DNA of 64,000 bases from Octopus vulgaris (taxonomy: Eukaryota). Both the position numbers and the translations under genes were made by a program. Each line of letters begins with the position of its first letter. The first letter of the stretch is position 1. Shown here piece by piece: positions 11,469 through 25,289 of this stretch. A model generated the notes under the pieces. It saw only the letters and a list, made by a program, of their open reading frames with translations. It made no database searches and had not been told where the DNA came from. The stretch spans positions 35,340,001 through 35,404,000 of the forward strand of contig OX597833.1 of NCBI GenBank assembly GCA_951406725.2, in the 5' to 3' direction.

Positions 11469-12254
11469 AATATTGAAAATACATATCAATAATGTGTTAG
11501 AAAAAGAGAGAAGAAAATTATATAACAAGAAAATTACATAACGTGGAAGACTTGAAATACTTTGCTTTCTTTTATATGTCTGTTTGTAAAGAATAAATTT
11601 TCAATATCTCTAAATACTAATTCATAAAAATTAATTAAATGAATATCTACCAGACATATACACAAATACTACAATCTATTCAACATTGATAAGCTCATTA
11701 TTGCTTTGTATAACTAAACATTATGTGCTCGATGAGATAATCAAATGTACTTTCTTCAGTTTTGAATAAGAAATACGTGCTCTTAATAAAGCGATTGCTA
11801 ACAAACCTGAGTAAACTTCTCTTCACAGTGAACCGAACTATGTAACTAAATAAATGCATGCACATGCTTCTAGTCAACGATGCATAGTTTGTCTAACGAA
11901 TTGTAAGCGTACGTTTATAGAAGTACTTTCTTGGCCAAGTAGTTTAGCAGTTTCCATCTACTTACCAGTTCTACAAGATAATGAATGCAAACTTGTCATA
12001 ATTGGCTTTTTTGCCTGAAGTTCCATCGCTGTAAATACACACACACGCACACACATTTATATATATTCCATCTTATACTTGTGTGTGTGTAAGAAAGTAT
12101 ATATAATTCTATCTCTATTATCCGGTATGTATTGATATATATGTGTTAATAGCATTTAAATTGTGATTCTAAGTATTTAAGATGGTGGGATGACCACTTC
12201 ACTTTTTATGAATATACAAGCAAAACTCCCTCCGTCCAATGGACAGTGCTGAGT

Positions 12255-12544
12255 TGTCAAACATTTAAACCAAATTTTCTCAAAACAACTTGTCTGGCCG
12301 TCCCATAGGCCTCCCCTTTGAGAAACACTGATTTAACCTAGATTTGAGACACCAGCAAAAGAAGAAATAAAGATAGACTTTATTTCTATTCCAAAGAAAA
12401 ACGATTTTATTCACTTTATCGATCGCATCTCACTTGGAATCGATTTTTGTAATTTTTTTCAAGACTTATACACGCTCTGATACCATCAGAATCTACATAT
12501 CAAATTTGGGCGCAATCGGATGGAGGATGCCCGAGATCCTAGAA

Positions 12545-12632
<88 letters not shown>

Positions 12633-12660
12633 CACACAGAATAGATTTTATATAATAGAT
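12255..12660 (-). mobile_element. Helitron-like non-autonomous element, 5' portion (copy 2)
   Basis: Minus strand begins A|TCTATTATATAAAATCTATTC(TG)n, a 5'-TC start after A typical of Helitrons. Homologous to 255-585. Confidence 0.6.
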
Positions 12661-12989
12661 ACTTCTTAAGAACAGAAAAAAAACACTAGAATATAATTTC
12701 CTTTGTTTTAATCTCCACTTGTCTTTAGGTGTATTTAAAACCACTCCAATCTGGGTTAGACATTTTGGAATTTTTATTTTATATATGGGAGAAATGGGCC
12801 AGAGAATTATTTTATTACAAAGACCGATTTTCTTCAATACAGGTTGGGTAATATTGGGTGGTCTAATTTAAGTCCAGTTATTTACTATGATTTATACCCG
12901 ATAAATTTTTGTTGTTGTATAATTCTAGGTTAGCACTGACCAAACAGGCTTATGACATGCAAGTTGTTGGCCGAAATGGACGATGGGTA

Positions 12990-13225
12990 TACCTATTTCT
13001 TTATTACCCACAAGGGGCTAAACATAGAGGGGACAAACAAGGACAGACATAGGTATTAAGTCAATTACATCGACCCCAGTGCATAACTGGTACTTAATTT
13101 ATCGACCCCGAAAGGATGAAAGGCAAAGTCGACCTCGGCGGAATTTGAACTCAGAACGTAAAGACAGACGAAATACCGCTAAGCATTTCGCCTGGCATGC
13201 TAACATTTCTGCCAGCTCACCACCG
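12990..13225 (-). mobile_element. SINE family B, low divergence, LINE-like tail (..AGCCCCTTGTGGGTAATAAAGAAATA)
   Basis: Close match to 21590-21822 and 61861-62092. Confidence 0.9.
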
Positions 13226-14453
13226 TTGGGTATAGTAAACAAATGGGTATACCACGTAGGCCACATGAGTGTCTGCCTTCAAACAGCAGATTATCAGAAC
13301 TGCAAACCTGAAGCAATAATAACCACAGATAAGTGTCTGATATGGGTATTAGACTCCTTCGGTTGCTCAATGAAATCTTTGGAGTAGAAAACATAGTTCT
13401 TGGGGAGAGGGGAAGAAATCTTGAAGTTGACAAAAATGTGTCATGCAACCTTTTCAGGAGAGCCATGAGAGATTTATAAAAATCTTGGGCTAAGCATTAC
13501 TATCACACAATAATGTTTGTCACAAATGATTCAGGCATTGAAATAATGCTAGTCAGTGACACCCAGCATATAATAAAGGATGCAAGTGTACCTAAAGGCA
13601 TTCGCCCACTCAAGAATAAAGTGCAAATTTTCTCGTCATTTCCTTTTCTCAAGAATGTCTAGTCAGTGTTACATCTGTAATAGAATTCGCATCAGATTAT
13701 AAATTTCACTTAAAAACGCTTTTGCTGAAGAAAAATTTAGAGAAATAATTACATTCAAGAAAAACTACCGCTAACAAGTAAATCATATCATCGTTAAGAG
13801 AGAGTTGCAGTTACGCCGTAAGTGAATCGTGTCACTGTCTGTTCATTGGTTTTTTCCGGAGTTCTCTACTATTACTGTTTTATAATGCCTTCAACAGTCT
13901 GATGGTTACATTCCATTTCATTCCTTTAACGGATTTTCCTATGTACTATACACAATACATTTAATATTTTTTCTGGTGTGCATTATATATCATAGTCACT
14001 GGTTTACACTGCACGTTAGTTTTCCTTATAGTTTCTCTCGTTGTGTTTTAATGCTTTAATTCAGAATTCGATATAGTAAACAAATACGCTACTGTTGTTA
14101 CTAATACTATCATTATTGATTTTATTCATAGATCCGCCCATTTCCACTTACAAGGGAAGCTCTAAAGCTGTGAATCTCTAATCAATTTCAATCGATGAGC
14201 GAAACTAAATTACGTAAGTACCAGAATCTGTTCGTATCTTTTGTGAGTCTAAGCTCTTCCACATTCTTCTACTCTATCTCCATCTACTTCTCTCTCTCTG
14301 TCTCTCTCTCTCTCTGTCTCTCTCTCTCTGTCTCTCTCTGTCTCTGTCTCTCTCTTTCTCTCCCCCCTTCCTTCCTTACTCTCTCTCTCCAGCACCTTTT
14401 CTCATATACATATATGTATATGAGAGAAGAGTGCCGAGTATATATATATATAT

Positions 14454-14500
<47 letters not shown>

Positions 14501-14929
14501 TGCATGCACATATCGTTAGTGGTAAAATCTGATGCAGTGAAAGGTTAACAGTAGGAATATACACATTGAAAGAAGGCGGAGTTATGAGGTCTATGGTTGT
14601 AATAAAAGCCGTTGATTTAGCGTAGTAATACAAGTCCTGGTGAATGATCCTATCAAGAATCGAACGGAGGAATTAAAAACATTTGTTCTCAGGAAATGTC
14701 CATATTCAAGAATTGAGTAAGAGAAATAACTCATTAATATCAAAGTGAAGGAGGGGTTTTTAATTCAGGATTTCTCAATAACAATCGTATAAAAACTGTT
14801 TCAAGATGTGTGAAGGTAAAAATATGAGCGGTTTGTAATAAATATTAAAGAAAACTAGTGTACTTTTGTTAAAGTAGAAATAGATAACGAGTAATTTTAC
14901 CGTTGTTTGTGATTTAGGTGCAGCACAAG

Positions 14930-15110
14930 TAATTTTGAGTAAAAATGGAGTAGTTGACACCACAATGCTTGTGTGATTCTTCAATTTACCGATCATCGAA
15001 GAATAGAAAATAAAGTTGATCTCGGCAGGATTTGAACTCCGAGGTAAACAGTCGGAACGAAGATTGCGAAAATCTTTTTCTGACACCCTAATGATTCAAC
15101 CAATAGACAG
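14930..15110 (-). mobile_element. SINE family B, highly diverged
   Basis: AAAGTTGATCTCGGCAGGATTTGAACTC matches the head of other B copies. Confidence 0.5.
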
Positions 15111-15453
15111 CCCCAATGAAAAAATTAAATAATGGCATAAAATTTTGGAAGAATTGTCAAACTTCTGAAAAGCAGGACAAAGGTTGATTCTACTAAAATT
15201 TCGGAGAGCTAAATCATAAAGAAATTAGCGTTTGTTTTGTGAGATGTAAGCACTGAACATTAACAATACTTTTAATTTAACAATTAAAAGTACATAACAT
15301 TTTTCACCTTGCAATTCCTCGCAGAGAAGGCTTCTCACTTCAGCGTGAGCGATTACTGAATCAGCACGCTATACAGGATCGTTTTATTCTTGCACTTATC
15401 CAAGCATGAAAGTGAAAGTAGCTCACGAATAATTTTTATATCATTCCATAAAT

Positions 15454-15496
<43 letters not shown>

Positions 15497-15504
15497 GCAT
15501 ATAT

Positions 15505-15670
15505 AGGTACAGGACATCACCAACAGTGCAAATAGCATTAAGTACGTAAACAAATGTGTTAAATACGTAAGCAACGAGAAAAAAATAAATGGAAAACAGG
15601 ACAAATAAACACAGATAAAGGACCTTTCATCAGTTGTCGGCTGTCTATCTACTCCCCATTTCGAGCATGT
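15505..15670 (-). mobile_element. Repeat terminus (possibly Penelope-like), family shared with 33245-33350
   Basis: AAACAAATG.G.T.AATACG.AA.CAACGAGA.AAA..AAATGGAAAACAGGACAA matches the reverse complement of 33245-33350. Both abut TA/TG microsatellites. Minus strand carries CTCGAAA and CTGATGAA motifs. Confidence 0.5.
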
Positions 15671-15695
15671 GTATCTGTGATCATACTCAAAAACA

Positions 15696-15740
<45 letters not shown>

Positions 15741-16372
15741 TTCTATATGTGCATATATGTATATGTATGTGCATATGTATGTATGTGCAATATGCGTATT
15801 CACACGCACACAGTCTACGTAATAAATTTTCTCTTTACAGTTGTTACTCATAAACACTTCTTGTTGCAGCTTTCAATGTGTAATTTCTATAAACTGATAA
15901 GATATGAGTGAATGAGAAATCACATACGCACACATCAATCACACATCAATTTTATGTAGTAGCACAGAAATACATTGTCGAGTTGCTTGTAAGAGAGTGA
16001 AATATTTGTCATAGAACATGGTTTGGGAGTGGGGTCTTTAACTGATACGTTGCCTGTAAGTTGAATTATTTTCGTTTGATTAGAATGGCGACTGGAAATT
16101 TTGTGTTTAATGAAGGAAGTATTGTTGAATATGATGTTTTATGGCCGTCTAATTGAATAAGCACACGTGTTTGGTCAGTGAGTAGGAAAAACGACAGGGA
16201 CTGATGCCAAGTGTAGGTTTCTATAGAAGAGTGAACAGGCTTTAAAGAACAAAGTGCAATTTCGTAAAAGGGAAGAAACAGGGAAATGGTAAAACGATGG
16301 GTCCCAATTTCATGATTGCCATTGAATATTTCCTCAATCAAGCGAATGACATTCATTGTAATATTTACTGAG

Positions 16373-16789
16373 GTGAAGGCGGTGAGCTGGTGGAATCGTT
16401 AGCACGCCGGGCAAAATGTTTAGCAGCTTAAAGTCCGACTTTACGCTGTGAGTTCAAATTCCGCTTTGGTTGATTTTGTCTTTCGGAGTTAATAAAATAA
16501 GTACCCGTTGTGTAATGGGGTCGATGTAATCGACTTATCTCTTCCTTGAACTTGCTGACCTTATGCCAAAATTTGAAACCAATATTTACTGAGACAAAGG
16601 CGGTGTGCTGGCGGAATCGTTTAAGCGCCGGGAAAATTGCTTAGCGATATTTTGTCCGTTCTTACGATCTTAGTTCAAATTCCGCCGAGGCTGACTTTGC
16701 CTTTTATCCTTTTCGTGTCGATAAAATAAGAATCAGTCGAGCACTGGAGTCTCCACGAAATTGCTGACTTTGTACCAAAATTTGAAACC
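16373..16789 (+). mobile_element. Tandem dimer of SINE family B with thrice-repeated target motif
   Basis: AATA(T/C)TTACTGAG at 16360-16372, 16581-16593 and 16790-16802 brackets two B copies. Confidence 0.85.
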
Positions 16790-16996
16790 AATACTTACTG
16801 AGATGAGAGAGATCGAGAGCTGTGGCCACTTGAGTAAGGTACAGTAAGCAGCAGAAAATGCTTCCTCAACAATTATTGTAAGGCTGAAGTATTTCTAGTA
16901 TCTGAGAAAAATATGTATATAAATTTGAAAACTCAGGTATTCGTATATCTGTTATCGTTGGTTTACAATATGATAGTTTAGTCTTTTAAATTTCAG

Positions 16997-17113
16997 AAGA
17001 CTCTTGGCATAATTAGCTATTTAGATAACCTTTTAAAATACCTAACAGCGAGAGTATCAGAGTCTTGGCATAAATAATTATTTAGATAACCTTTTAACAT
17101 ATCTAACAGCGAA
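16997..17113 (+). repeat. About 60-bp tandem duplication (2 copies)
   Basis: AGA.TCTTGGCATAA......TATTTAGATAACCTTTTAA.ATA.CTAACAGCGA occurs twice. Confidence 0.85.
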
Positions 17114-17233
17114 AATAGAAACAGTCGTAGTTGCAATATTCTATATTTTAGAGAAGGTGAAGTGGATGTTTATAACATCAGCCTTTCAGAAAAGCATTAT
17201 CGGCGTAACTGAGAAGTTTACACACACACACAC

Positions 17234-17277
<44 letters not shown>

Positions 17278-18029
17278 ATGTATGTATGTATGTATGTATG
17301 TATGTATGTATGTATGTATTATGTATGTGTGTATGTAATTTATTTATTTCTCTGGGCCATACTCACTCGTCATTGAAGATCACGTAACTCTACACACAAC
17401 GACAAACGGTTGGTCCGACTCGTTTGGTTAAACTTTTGCAGGAAGCACCTTACCTCAACTGACCAACCATTTTTGAGTGCTACAGATCGTGGTGTATAAC
17501 ACAAATGAAATAATGAAGATGAAGTGAATTCTCAAACATGCTAAAGCCACCTTTGTTGTCAGTCTGACATGTTCCACATGTGTTTGACCTGGATTTTCAC
17601 ACCTGTGGAAGGTCGCCTCTTTGCTTCCTATACTTTTGATAAACGACAGATTTGATCCATCAAAATACCGACCTATTTTATAACTCAGCTTTATCATTAA
17701 AGTAATGGAATCAGTAGTTCACTAAATGCTGTAAGGGCATCTAAATAATCAGTAAATGGATTTCTCCAATTCAATGATGATTTCGTTGTTCAATCAATTC
17801 AATGAGCAACAGAGTAGCCAACTATTTTACTAGTGTAGTGTACTATTTACGTAACCTTATGGTAAAATTACCATGACACAGCGTTTGACAAGCCCTCTAC
17901 TTTTGAATTACAGCTACAATATATCCGATGTGCTTCTGCACCGTTTTCGCCTTCCCAATTTTACTCACTTGTTTCGAGTAGAGGAATGTTAACTAGTACT
18001 TAACTAAAATACCAAGCATTGAGATCGAA

Positions 18030-18900
18030 TGCGCAAACCTCACAGTGGCTAAGTAAACTTTCGGCCATGCTGTAACTACGACTAAATCACCTGAACCAAA
18101 CAGAGCGGTGGATCTTACGACTGTTCTTTCCGAGTCATGGAACAAGAGGACTCGGGTTGAGATGCAACGAAAACTTACAAGTAAACTGGACAAAGAAAGA
18201 CAGCCAACCATTTAAAAATTTAAAATCCGAAACATGCTGGATTGGGCACACATATACTGAACAAATGTTTCACAAAGCGTACTTGATCAACTCAATCTAG
18301 TTTAAAGAGGAATGCTCTGAGGAACTTTGCAGAACATATGAAAAACTCAGAATCAGCAGCTTAGAACACGGGAGACAGGGTACTAAAACAACAATTCTCT
18401 ACAATATTCACATAAATCACATTCTGTCCAAATGCAGAGCATTGCTACCGAGGCAATATGAAGGACGTCTTTTAACAAATAAGAAAGACTAATACAGTCA
18501 TGCACGCTTCCGAAGTCCTTTTCGTCAATCAGAATTTAGAGCAAACTTTCAAAACTGAAAGAAGAATTTTTTAAAGGACGAATGCACAAACACATGTTGT
18601 CACTTTTGCTATCGAAAGTGAGGTGAATCAATTACTGGTCCATTGGGAACTTGTAACGAGGGACGTTATTATTCATAGATGCTTGAAGGACGCTATTATT
18701 CATAAATGCATAAGTGCTAAGTTTATATTACAGACATACTTTTGCAGCAGTAATAACCGTAGTGCTACAATTATTGATCTCTAGAATTTTGTGACACAGT
18801 GATTGATAAATATGCGACACAGACATAGGTGGAAGATATTGGTGGATGAAACATGAAATTTTTATTTTCGATACTTGGTATGCAACATCAGCACACCTAA
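18030..18900 (+). pseudogene. Possible highly decayed Ty3/Gypsy pol fragments
   Basis: Scattered peptides FGHAVTTTKSPEPNRAVD, ILYNIH..H...KCRAL..EAI..QIRKLIQSCT and RYWWMK recall RT-thumb and integrase zinc-binding (H..H..C..C) regions. Heavily interrupted. Confidence 0.35.
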
Positions 18901-21255
18901 ATAAGGTACGATTATCAAAGTGCCTTATTCCGAACCCCTTCCAAATTCTTAGCTTTGTAACTAGAAGCAAAAATTCTAAATAGTTCGTAGATTGGTCTAA
19001 CTGTAGGTGATTGTGAGCTGAAGTAGAACATTTTCGTATACGTAAACACTGTAATAGTAGCAGTAATGTAATGATATGTTGGATAATTATATTTTAATTT
19101 ACAAGAAATAATGTAGAGTTTAGTTGGTTAAGGATGAGTCTTTGGACTTGACCAACAATGTTTATTATCGTTGTGATTTTCCTTGTTTCAAAGTGACGAA
19201 GATAATTCTAAGAATATGTGAACAAATTCCAAGACGGAATCCAAACTTGAATTTTAAAAAAAATCTACGTAACAGTAATCCAGTTCCTAGATAAAAAGAA
19301 AGAACAAAATTATATCATCTTGAATATAATTTCAAGTCAAAGAAATAAATGAAAATGCTTTACAGTACTTTGAAAAATATCTTGGCATGATAACCGATCT
19401 CAAATTGACGGGACAATCGTGTTCAGTTATTCACTGATTCACCGAACATCGTTGTTTATTTCATTCTAGCATTCTATAAGATTTTGGTGTAGATACACCC
19501 ATTACATTTTATTGGACATTAATAGAGCCCATTGCTGGGAAGATGTAGCTTTCTTTATAACAGCAGTATAACAATCTGCCTATATATTTTAATGGTGATA
19601 CAAACTCCTTTTTGATATTGCAACCTCTCGTTTAATAAAAATGTAAGCTCTTAACATTATTCTGATTAAAAGCACCAGTATTCACAGTTTTCTATTACCT
19701 TTCCTGGAACCACATATTTTTATATAGACAGACTCTTGGCAAAAGGTGCGATGCATTTCTGAGTCACAGTATAGCTGAAAATTCATTTCGCCTTCTTCAC
19801 AGGTGTACCTACCAGACATTTAGAACTGTGTATCAACTATGTATACACATATTCAAGGTAGCATCCATTATAGGCAGTTTTCATCATAAACAAAGCTTCA
19901 TTTCTAGATACAATAGGAAAAAGACTGCTCTACCGCTTATAAAACACACAGTATAGTCTTCGCTGACATAGTAATTCTCTATTTACTGGAATGAAACTGT
20001 TCGTTCCACATGATTAGTCACTCCAATTTAGTATCAACAGCAGACAACACCAGGTTGAATACGTCGTTGAGTAATCATCCTCCTCTGAATTGTCCTCTAT
20101 CGGATTTATTTCTTGCTCTTATTTCCTCGATAACTAGTTGTAGAAGTCATCGAAATTAGCATTAGCTTCATATATCTCATCTTGTTGTTTCTACAGCCCA
20201 AACTATAGACACTACTCACCTTCGGGATAATAAAACAATTCATTACAAAGTTATTTGAAAAAGCTAGACACAGTTATAGCAAATAATTGTAAGGTGCAGA
20301 AATGAGGATTTATACTTAGCGATAGCATTGAAATGTATAGTTGTGTGAGAAACGCGTACAATATGCAATTTTAAATTAGAAGAAATGTAATTCAATACCA
20401 TTACTTATGTAAGAATCAGTAATAAATGGCCATTAAGATTAAATATTGTAAAGAATATATACGAAGGTCTATAAATGAGGCAAAGAAATTCTTGAGAACA
20501 ATCAGCTTTCACATGAAAACCATTGCGGCATGAATTCTTTTTTATTACATGTCTTCTGTTTTATATCGATAGCAATTTTGAATTAGACTTGCAGAGTTGC
20601 CTACTAAGGATTGAAATGATTCTAATAGGGTATAAATTCATTATTATTAAGTCATATATTGGACAATAACACTTCGCCCAAAATACAAATAAATAAATGA
20701 CTCCCATGAATAAACACATGATCCTTGCAGTTACAAAGGGTGCATACAAAAATAATATCTCTATGTAGTGATCACAAGAGAAAATATAACTCCTTCATTA
20801 TCTCTATCCCTTTCTTTCATTCTCTCTTTCATCCCCTCTCTCTCTCTCTCTCAAACACACACGCAAGCACGCGCGCGTGCGCAAACACAAACGTACAAAC
20901 ACAAACATCAGACATCACGGCGACATACAGAACTGTAGTCAGTTATGCAATAAAGGCACTCAATACAATAATAGGATTCTTGGAATTAGGTTAATGATGT
21001 TCATAATTAATCAAATATCACTGAGTTTATCTAATAATAACTTGGTAATATAGTTTTGTTTATTAGAAATTAAACTGAAACACGGTTTAAAATAAAAAGC
21101 CGGCAAAGTTTATTCGGTTTAAGTCGGTGATATGATGAATTGTAACCAAGTTCCAGCCAAGAAAACACACACGAGAAAGTTTAACATGAGAAAGCAGTTG
21201 TGTATAATTAGAATATTACTTCTCGAAACTTGAAAGAGTCGGACCCATAAATATT

Positions 21256-21822
21256 CTTTTCTACTCTAGGCACAGGGCTCGAAATTTTGGGGGAGGCGGC
21301 CAGTCGATTAGATCGATCCAGTACGCAACTGGTACTTAATTTATCGACCCTCGGCGGAAATCAAATTGGACTCAGAACGTAAAGACAGACGAAAAACCGC
21401 ATAGCATTTCACCCGGCGTGCTAACGTTTCTTATTTCTTTATTGTCCACAAGGGGCTAAACGTAGAGGAGACAAACAAGGACAGACAGAGGGATTAAGTC
21501 GATTATATCAACCCCAGTGCGTAACTGGTACTTAATTTATAGACCTTGGCGCAATGTGAACTCAGAACGTAACGGCAGACGAAATACCTATTTCTTTACT
21601 ACCCAGAAGGGGCTAAACACAGAGGGGACAAACAAGGACAGACAAACGGATTAAGTCAATTACATCGACCCCAGTGCGTAACTGGTACTTAATTTATCGA
21701 CCCCGAAAGGATGAAAGGCAAAATCGACCTCGGCGGAATTTGAACTCAGAACGTAACGGCAGACGAAATACCGCTAAGCATTTCGCCCGGCGTGCTAACG
21801 ATTCTGCCAGCTTACCGTCTTC
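21256..21822 (-). mobile_element. Multimeric SINE family B insertion (one complete plus two partial units) with TSD
   Basis: AACTGGTACTTAATTTAT and CTCAGAACGTAA..CAGACGAAA each occur three times. TSD GGACCCATAAATATT (21241-21255) / GAACCCATTAATATT (21823-21837). Confidence 0.85.
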
Positions 21823-22469
21823 GAACCCATTAATATTGAAACAGTAAATTCGCATTTCATGCTATTGACGTTTTGAGTATCAACTTAGATGGTGTGAGTT
21901 TACTAAGTATAAGATGAACTCGAATAATGTGTGATCATCGATGTTTTGTATAAAAGTGATAAGTAAGCAGTGATTTAAGCAACATGAAAATACACAACTC
22001 GATGGTAGGATATTTAAACTTAAAGATAAATAACAAAAGTTTGCTGTATTAAGCAAATATGCCTATCCCAGTAAATAAGTTATCTATAAGTCTATAACTT
22101 CAGATACGCTAGCGATTCAAGTTTTAGATATGAAAAGAAAATTATATATCAAATGAACAACTTTTATAACCATTAAATTTTTAATGTTGTTTTCATCGTT
22201 TTAGAAGAGTGAGTCAGCAAAATGGATGTGCGCCAAACAAAACAACGGTGTACTTGGTTATATTCTTTTATGCTCTTCGTTCAAAATTACCTGTAAATAC
22301 TAAATATATAATGAGGTCAATTAAAACTACTCTCTCTGCTTAGCAAATAATTTCTTTGTATCGAAGGAAGCTATCAACATTGTCTGTAACTTTGCATGAG
22401 TGTATGGACTTGATATGCAAATACAAATGTCAGTGGAGATTTATATATATGTATATGTATATTTATATA

Positions 22470-22509
<40 letters not shown>

Positions 22510-22943
22510 CTCTTTACTCTTTCTCTTTTACTCTTTTACTTGTTTCAGTCATTTGACTGCGGCCATGCTGGAGCACCACCTTTAATCGAGCAACTCGACC
22601 CCAGGACTTATTCTTTGTAAGCCCAGTACTTATTCTATCGGTCTCTTTTGCCGAACCGCTAAGTGACGGGGACGTAAACACACACCAGCATCGGTTGTCA
22701 AGCAATGCTAGGGGGACAAACGCAGGTACACAAACACACACACACATACATACATAAATATATATATATATACATATATACGACAGGCTTCTTTCAGTTT
22801 CCGTCTACCAAATCCACTCACAAGGCATTGGTCGGCCCGGGGCTATAGCAGAAGACACTTGCCCAAGATGCCACACAGTGGGATTGAACCCAGAACCATG
22901 TGGTTGGTTAGCAAGCTACTTACCACACAGCCACTCCTGCGCC
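22510..22943 (-). mobile_element. SINE family A, full length, low divergence (tRNA head + CORE-like block + internal TA/TG microsatellite)
   Basis: Head GGCGCAGGAGTGGCTGTGTGGTAAG..GGTTCAATCCC (A and B boxes), then GCATCTTGGGCAAGTGTCTT (CORE-like), and tail TGACTGAAACAAGTAAAAGAG repeats. Confidence 0.9.
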
Positions 22944-23001
<58 letters not shown>

Positions 23002-23005
23002 ATAA

Positions 23006-23061
<56 letters not shown>

Positions 23062-23069
23062 CATATACT

Positions 23070-23107
<38 letters not shown>

Positions 23108-23205
23108 CTACCCACACCACACACACACAAATATTTATGTCTATCTATCAATCTATCTATCTGTCTGTCTGTCTATCTGTCCGTCTTCCTGTCTGTCTAT
23201 CTATC

Positions 23206-23237
<32 letters not shown>

Positions 23238-23578
23238 TGTGTGTGTGTGTGTCTGTGTGTGTGTGCCCGTGCGCGTGTGTGTGTGCGTGTGTGTGTCCAT
23301 TAATTAAATGAAATTTTCATATGCATTCGTACCCTGGGCAGATTTCTGAGTTGCTGAATTTTATTCTAAATTGATTATGTCATAGGTGTAAACATTTTAT
23401 GTTATAGTTAAATACTCATAAAACTCTTTAGTGGTTATCTGCTCAAAGATAGACATTTTAAAAGTAGTTACTACGAAAACATGTGTTGTAATTTAACTAA
23501 GAGTCTAATGGTGGTTCAAAACATCAACTCTACTACATACATATATACATACATATATACATACATACATACATACAC

Positions 23579-23610
<32 letters not shown>

Positions 23611-23681
23611 GTGTGTGTTTGTATGTATGTATATGTATATATGTATGTATATATATATATATATATGTATGCATATATATA

Positions 23682-23717
<36 letters not shown>

Positions 23718-23755
23718 TGTATGTATGTATGTATATATATATATATATATATATA

Positions 23756-24104
23756 GGCACAGGAGTGGCTGGGTGGTAAGTAGCTTGCTTACCAACCACA
23801 TGGTTCCGGGTTCATTCCCACTACGTGGCACCTTGGGCAAGTGTCTTCTACTATAATCTCGGGCCGACCAAAGCCTTGTGAGTGGATTTGGTAGACGGAA
23901 ACTTAAAGAAGCCCTTCGTATATATGTATATATATATATGTATATTTGTGTATGCTTGTGTGTCTGTGTTTGTCCCCGCTCACAAACATCGCTTGACAAC
24001 CGATGCTGGTGTGTTTACGTCCCCGTAACTTAGTGGTTCGGCAAAAGAGACCGATAGAATAAGTAGTAGGCTTCCAAAGAATAAGTCCTAGAGTCGATTT
24101 GCTC
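23756..24104 (+). mobile_element. SINE family A, 3' end truncated against a mariner remnant
   Basis: Matches 46301-46650 and stops at GTCGATTTGCTCGA. Confidence 0.9.
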
Positions 24105-24839
24105 GAAACAGCCTTCGCCTTCTTTGGAACATCTGAGGAGGGGTATTTCCTCTGCATTAATTGTCTCTGTGTCTCTGGTTCATAATGATGAATATGGGTT
24201 GGGAAACGTTGAAGGAAATTAACTGGATCTCCCTCAAGCAACGTCAGATTTTCCCTTGATGTGATCAGCGTGGTGTGCTTTTGATCAGGTGTCAGGAGAT
24301 ATTGCAACTACCGATCAGAAACATGTCATCAGAAGTTCATTGTGCAGAATATTCTGAACTCTCTCAAGGGTTATTCTAGCAGCATTGGCTATTTGATTTA
24401 TAGTCAATCGCCTGTCATTTTTCATCGCGTGGTGAGCACGTTCAATGTCTTCCTCTGTAGTCGCAGCAATAGGACGTTCAGACCTTGGGTTATCTTCAAG
24501 ATCTTCTCATCTACTTCTCAATACAGCTGCCCAATTTTGCACTGTTGATACAGCTGGAGCCACATCAGTTAATGAAGCAACCAGCGTGAATGTCATTGGG
24601 GGTTAAGCCGTTTTTCTACAGTTACTTGGGAACAGAACGATACCAAATTTTGCCCATATTCAAGAGAAGTCATTACTAATTACTTCTGAAGTCTTCCTTG
24701 AACAGTCGGATGTTAGTTTACCTGGAAAGAAACAATGCGGATAGTAATAAGAAGAGATTAAATTAATTCATGCCATATTCCCTAGCTCTAGCATTACTCC
24801 TTTATAGTGAGCCTATGAACTTTTCAGCTCACTCTCGTA
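24105..24839 (-). pseudogene. Mariner element, 5' half (TIR plus N-terminal transposase)
   Basis: Minus terminus TA|CGAGAGTGAGCTGAAAAGTTC. Peptides STVQNWAA..EDLEDNPRSERP, DRRLTINQIA..VQNILHNEL, LTPDQK, HHYEPETQRQLMQ..PKKAK. Confidence 0.9.
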
Positions 24840-25289
24840 TGTAACAAGCAGACTCAGCATCAAACTTAGGAAATTAAGGAAATACAGAGTTAATTAGAAT
24901 ATCACAGATACAAGTCATTAATGGAATTGTAAAATTATGTAAAACTTTTTTAAATCTTAGCATATATTTTCATATGTCTTAACGTACAATTATATGTATG
25001 TGTATACATAGATAAAGCAAAACATATAGATCTGGTGATGCTTTGACCCCAAATACTTGCACACAACCATACATAACTACTCAGTTCAAATTCCAATGAA
25101 GCGTCCTTGAATCTAGGTTAGAAACTGGTTCTTTCTCCATTGGCAAAGTATCTAGAAATAACACTCAATAATAATACATATATACATAAAATATTGTGCA
25201 CGCGTTCCTGTGTAAGAAAGAAAGGGGAAACAGAGGGTGTATTTATGAGGCTAGTGAGGTCAAACCTTTCATCTTCATTATTGTAGAGA

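Noticed and set aside
21256-21822. Regularly recurring motifs resembling a CRISPR array
   Set aside because: The intervening sequences are homologous SINE parts rather than unique spacers, the context is eukaryotic, and no cas genes are present.
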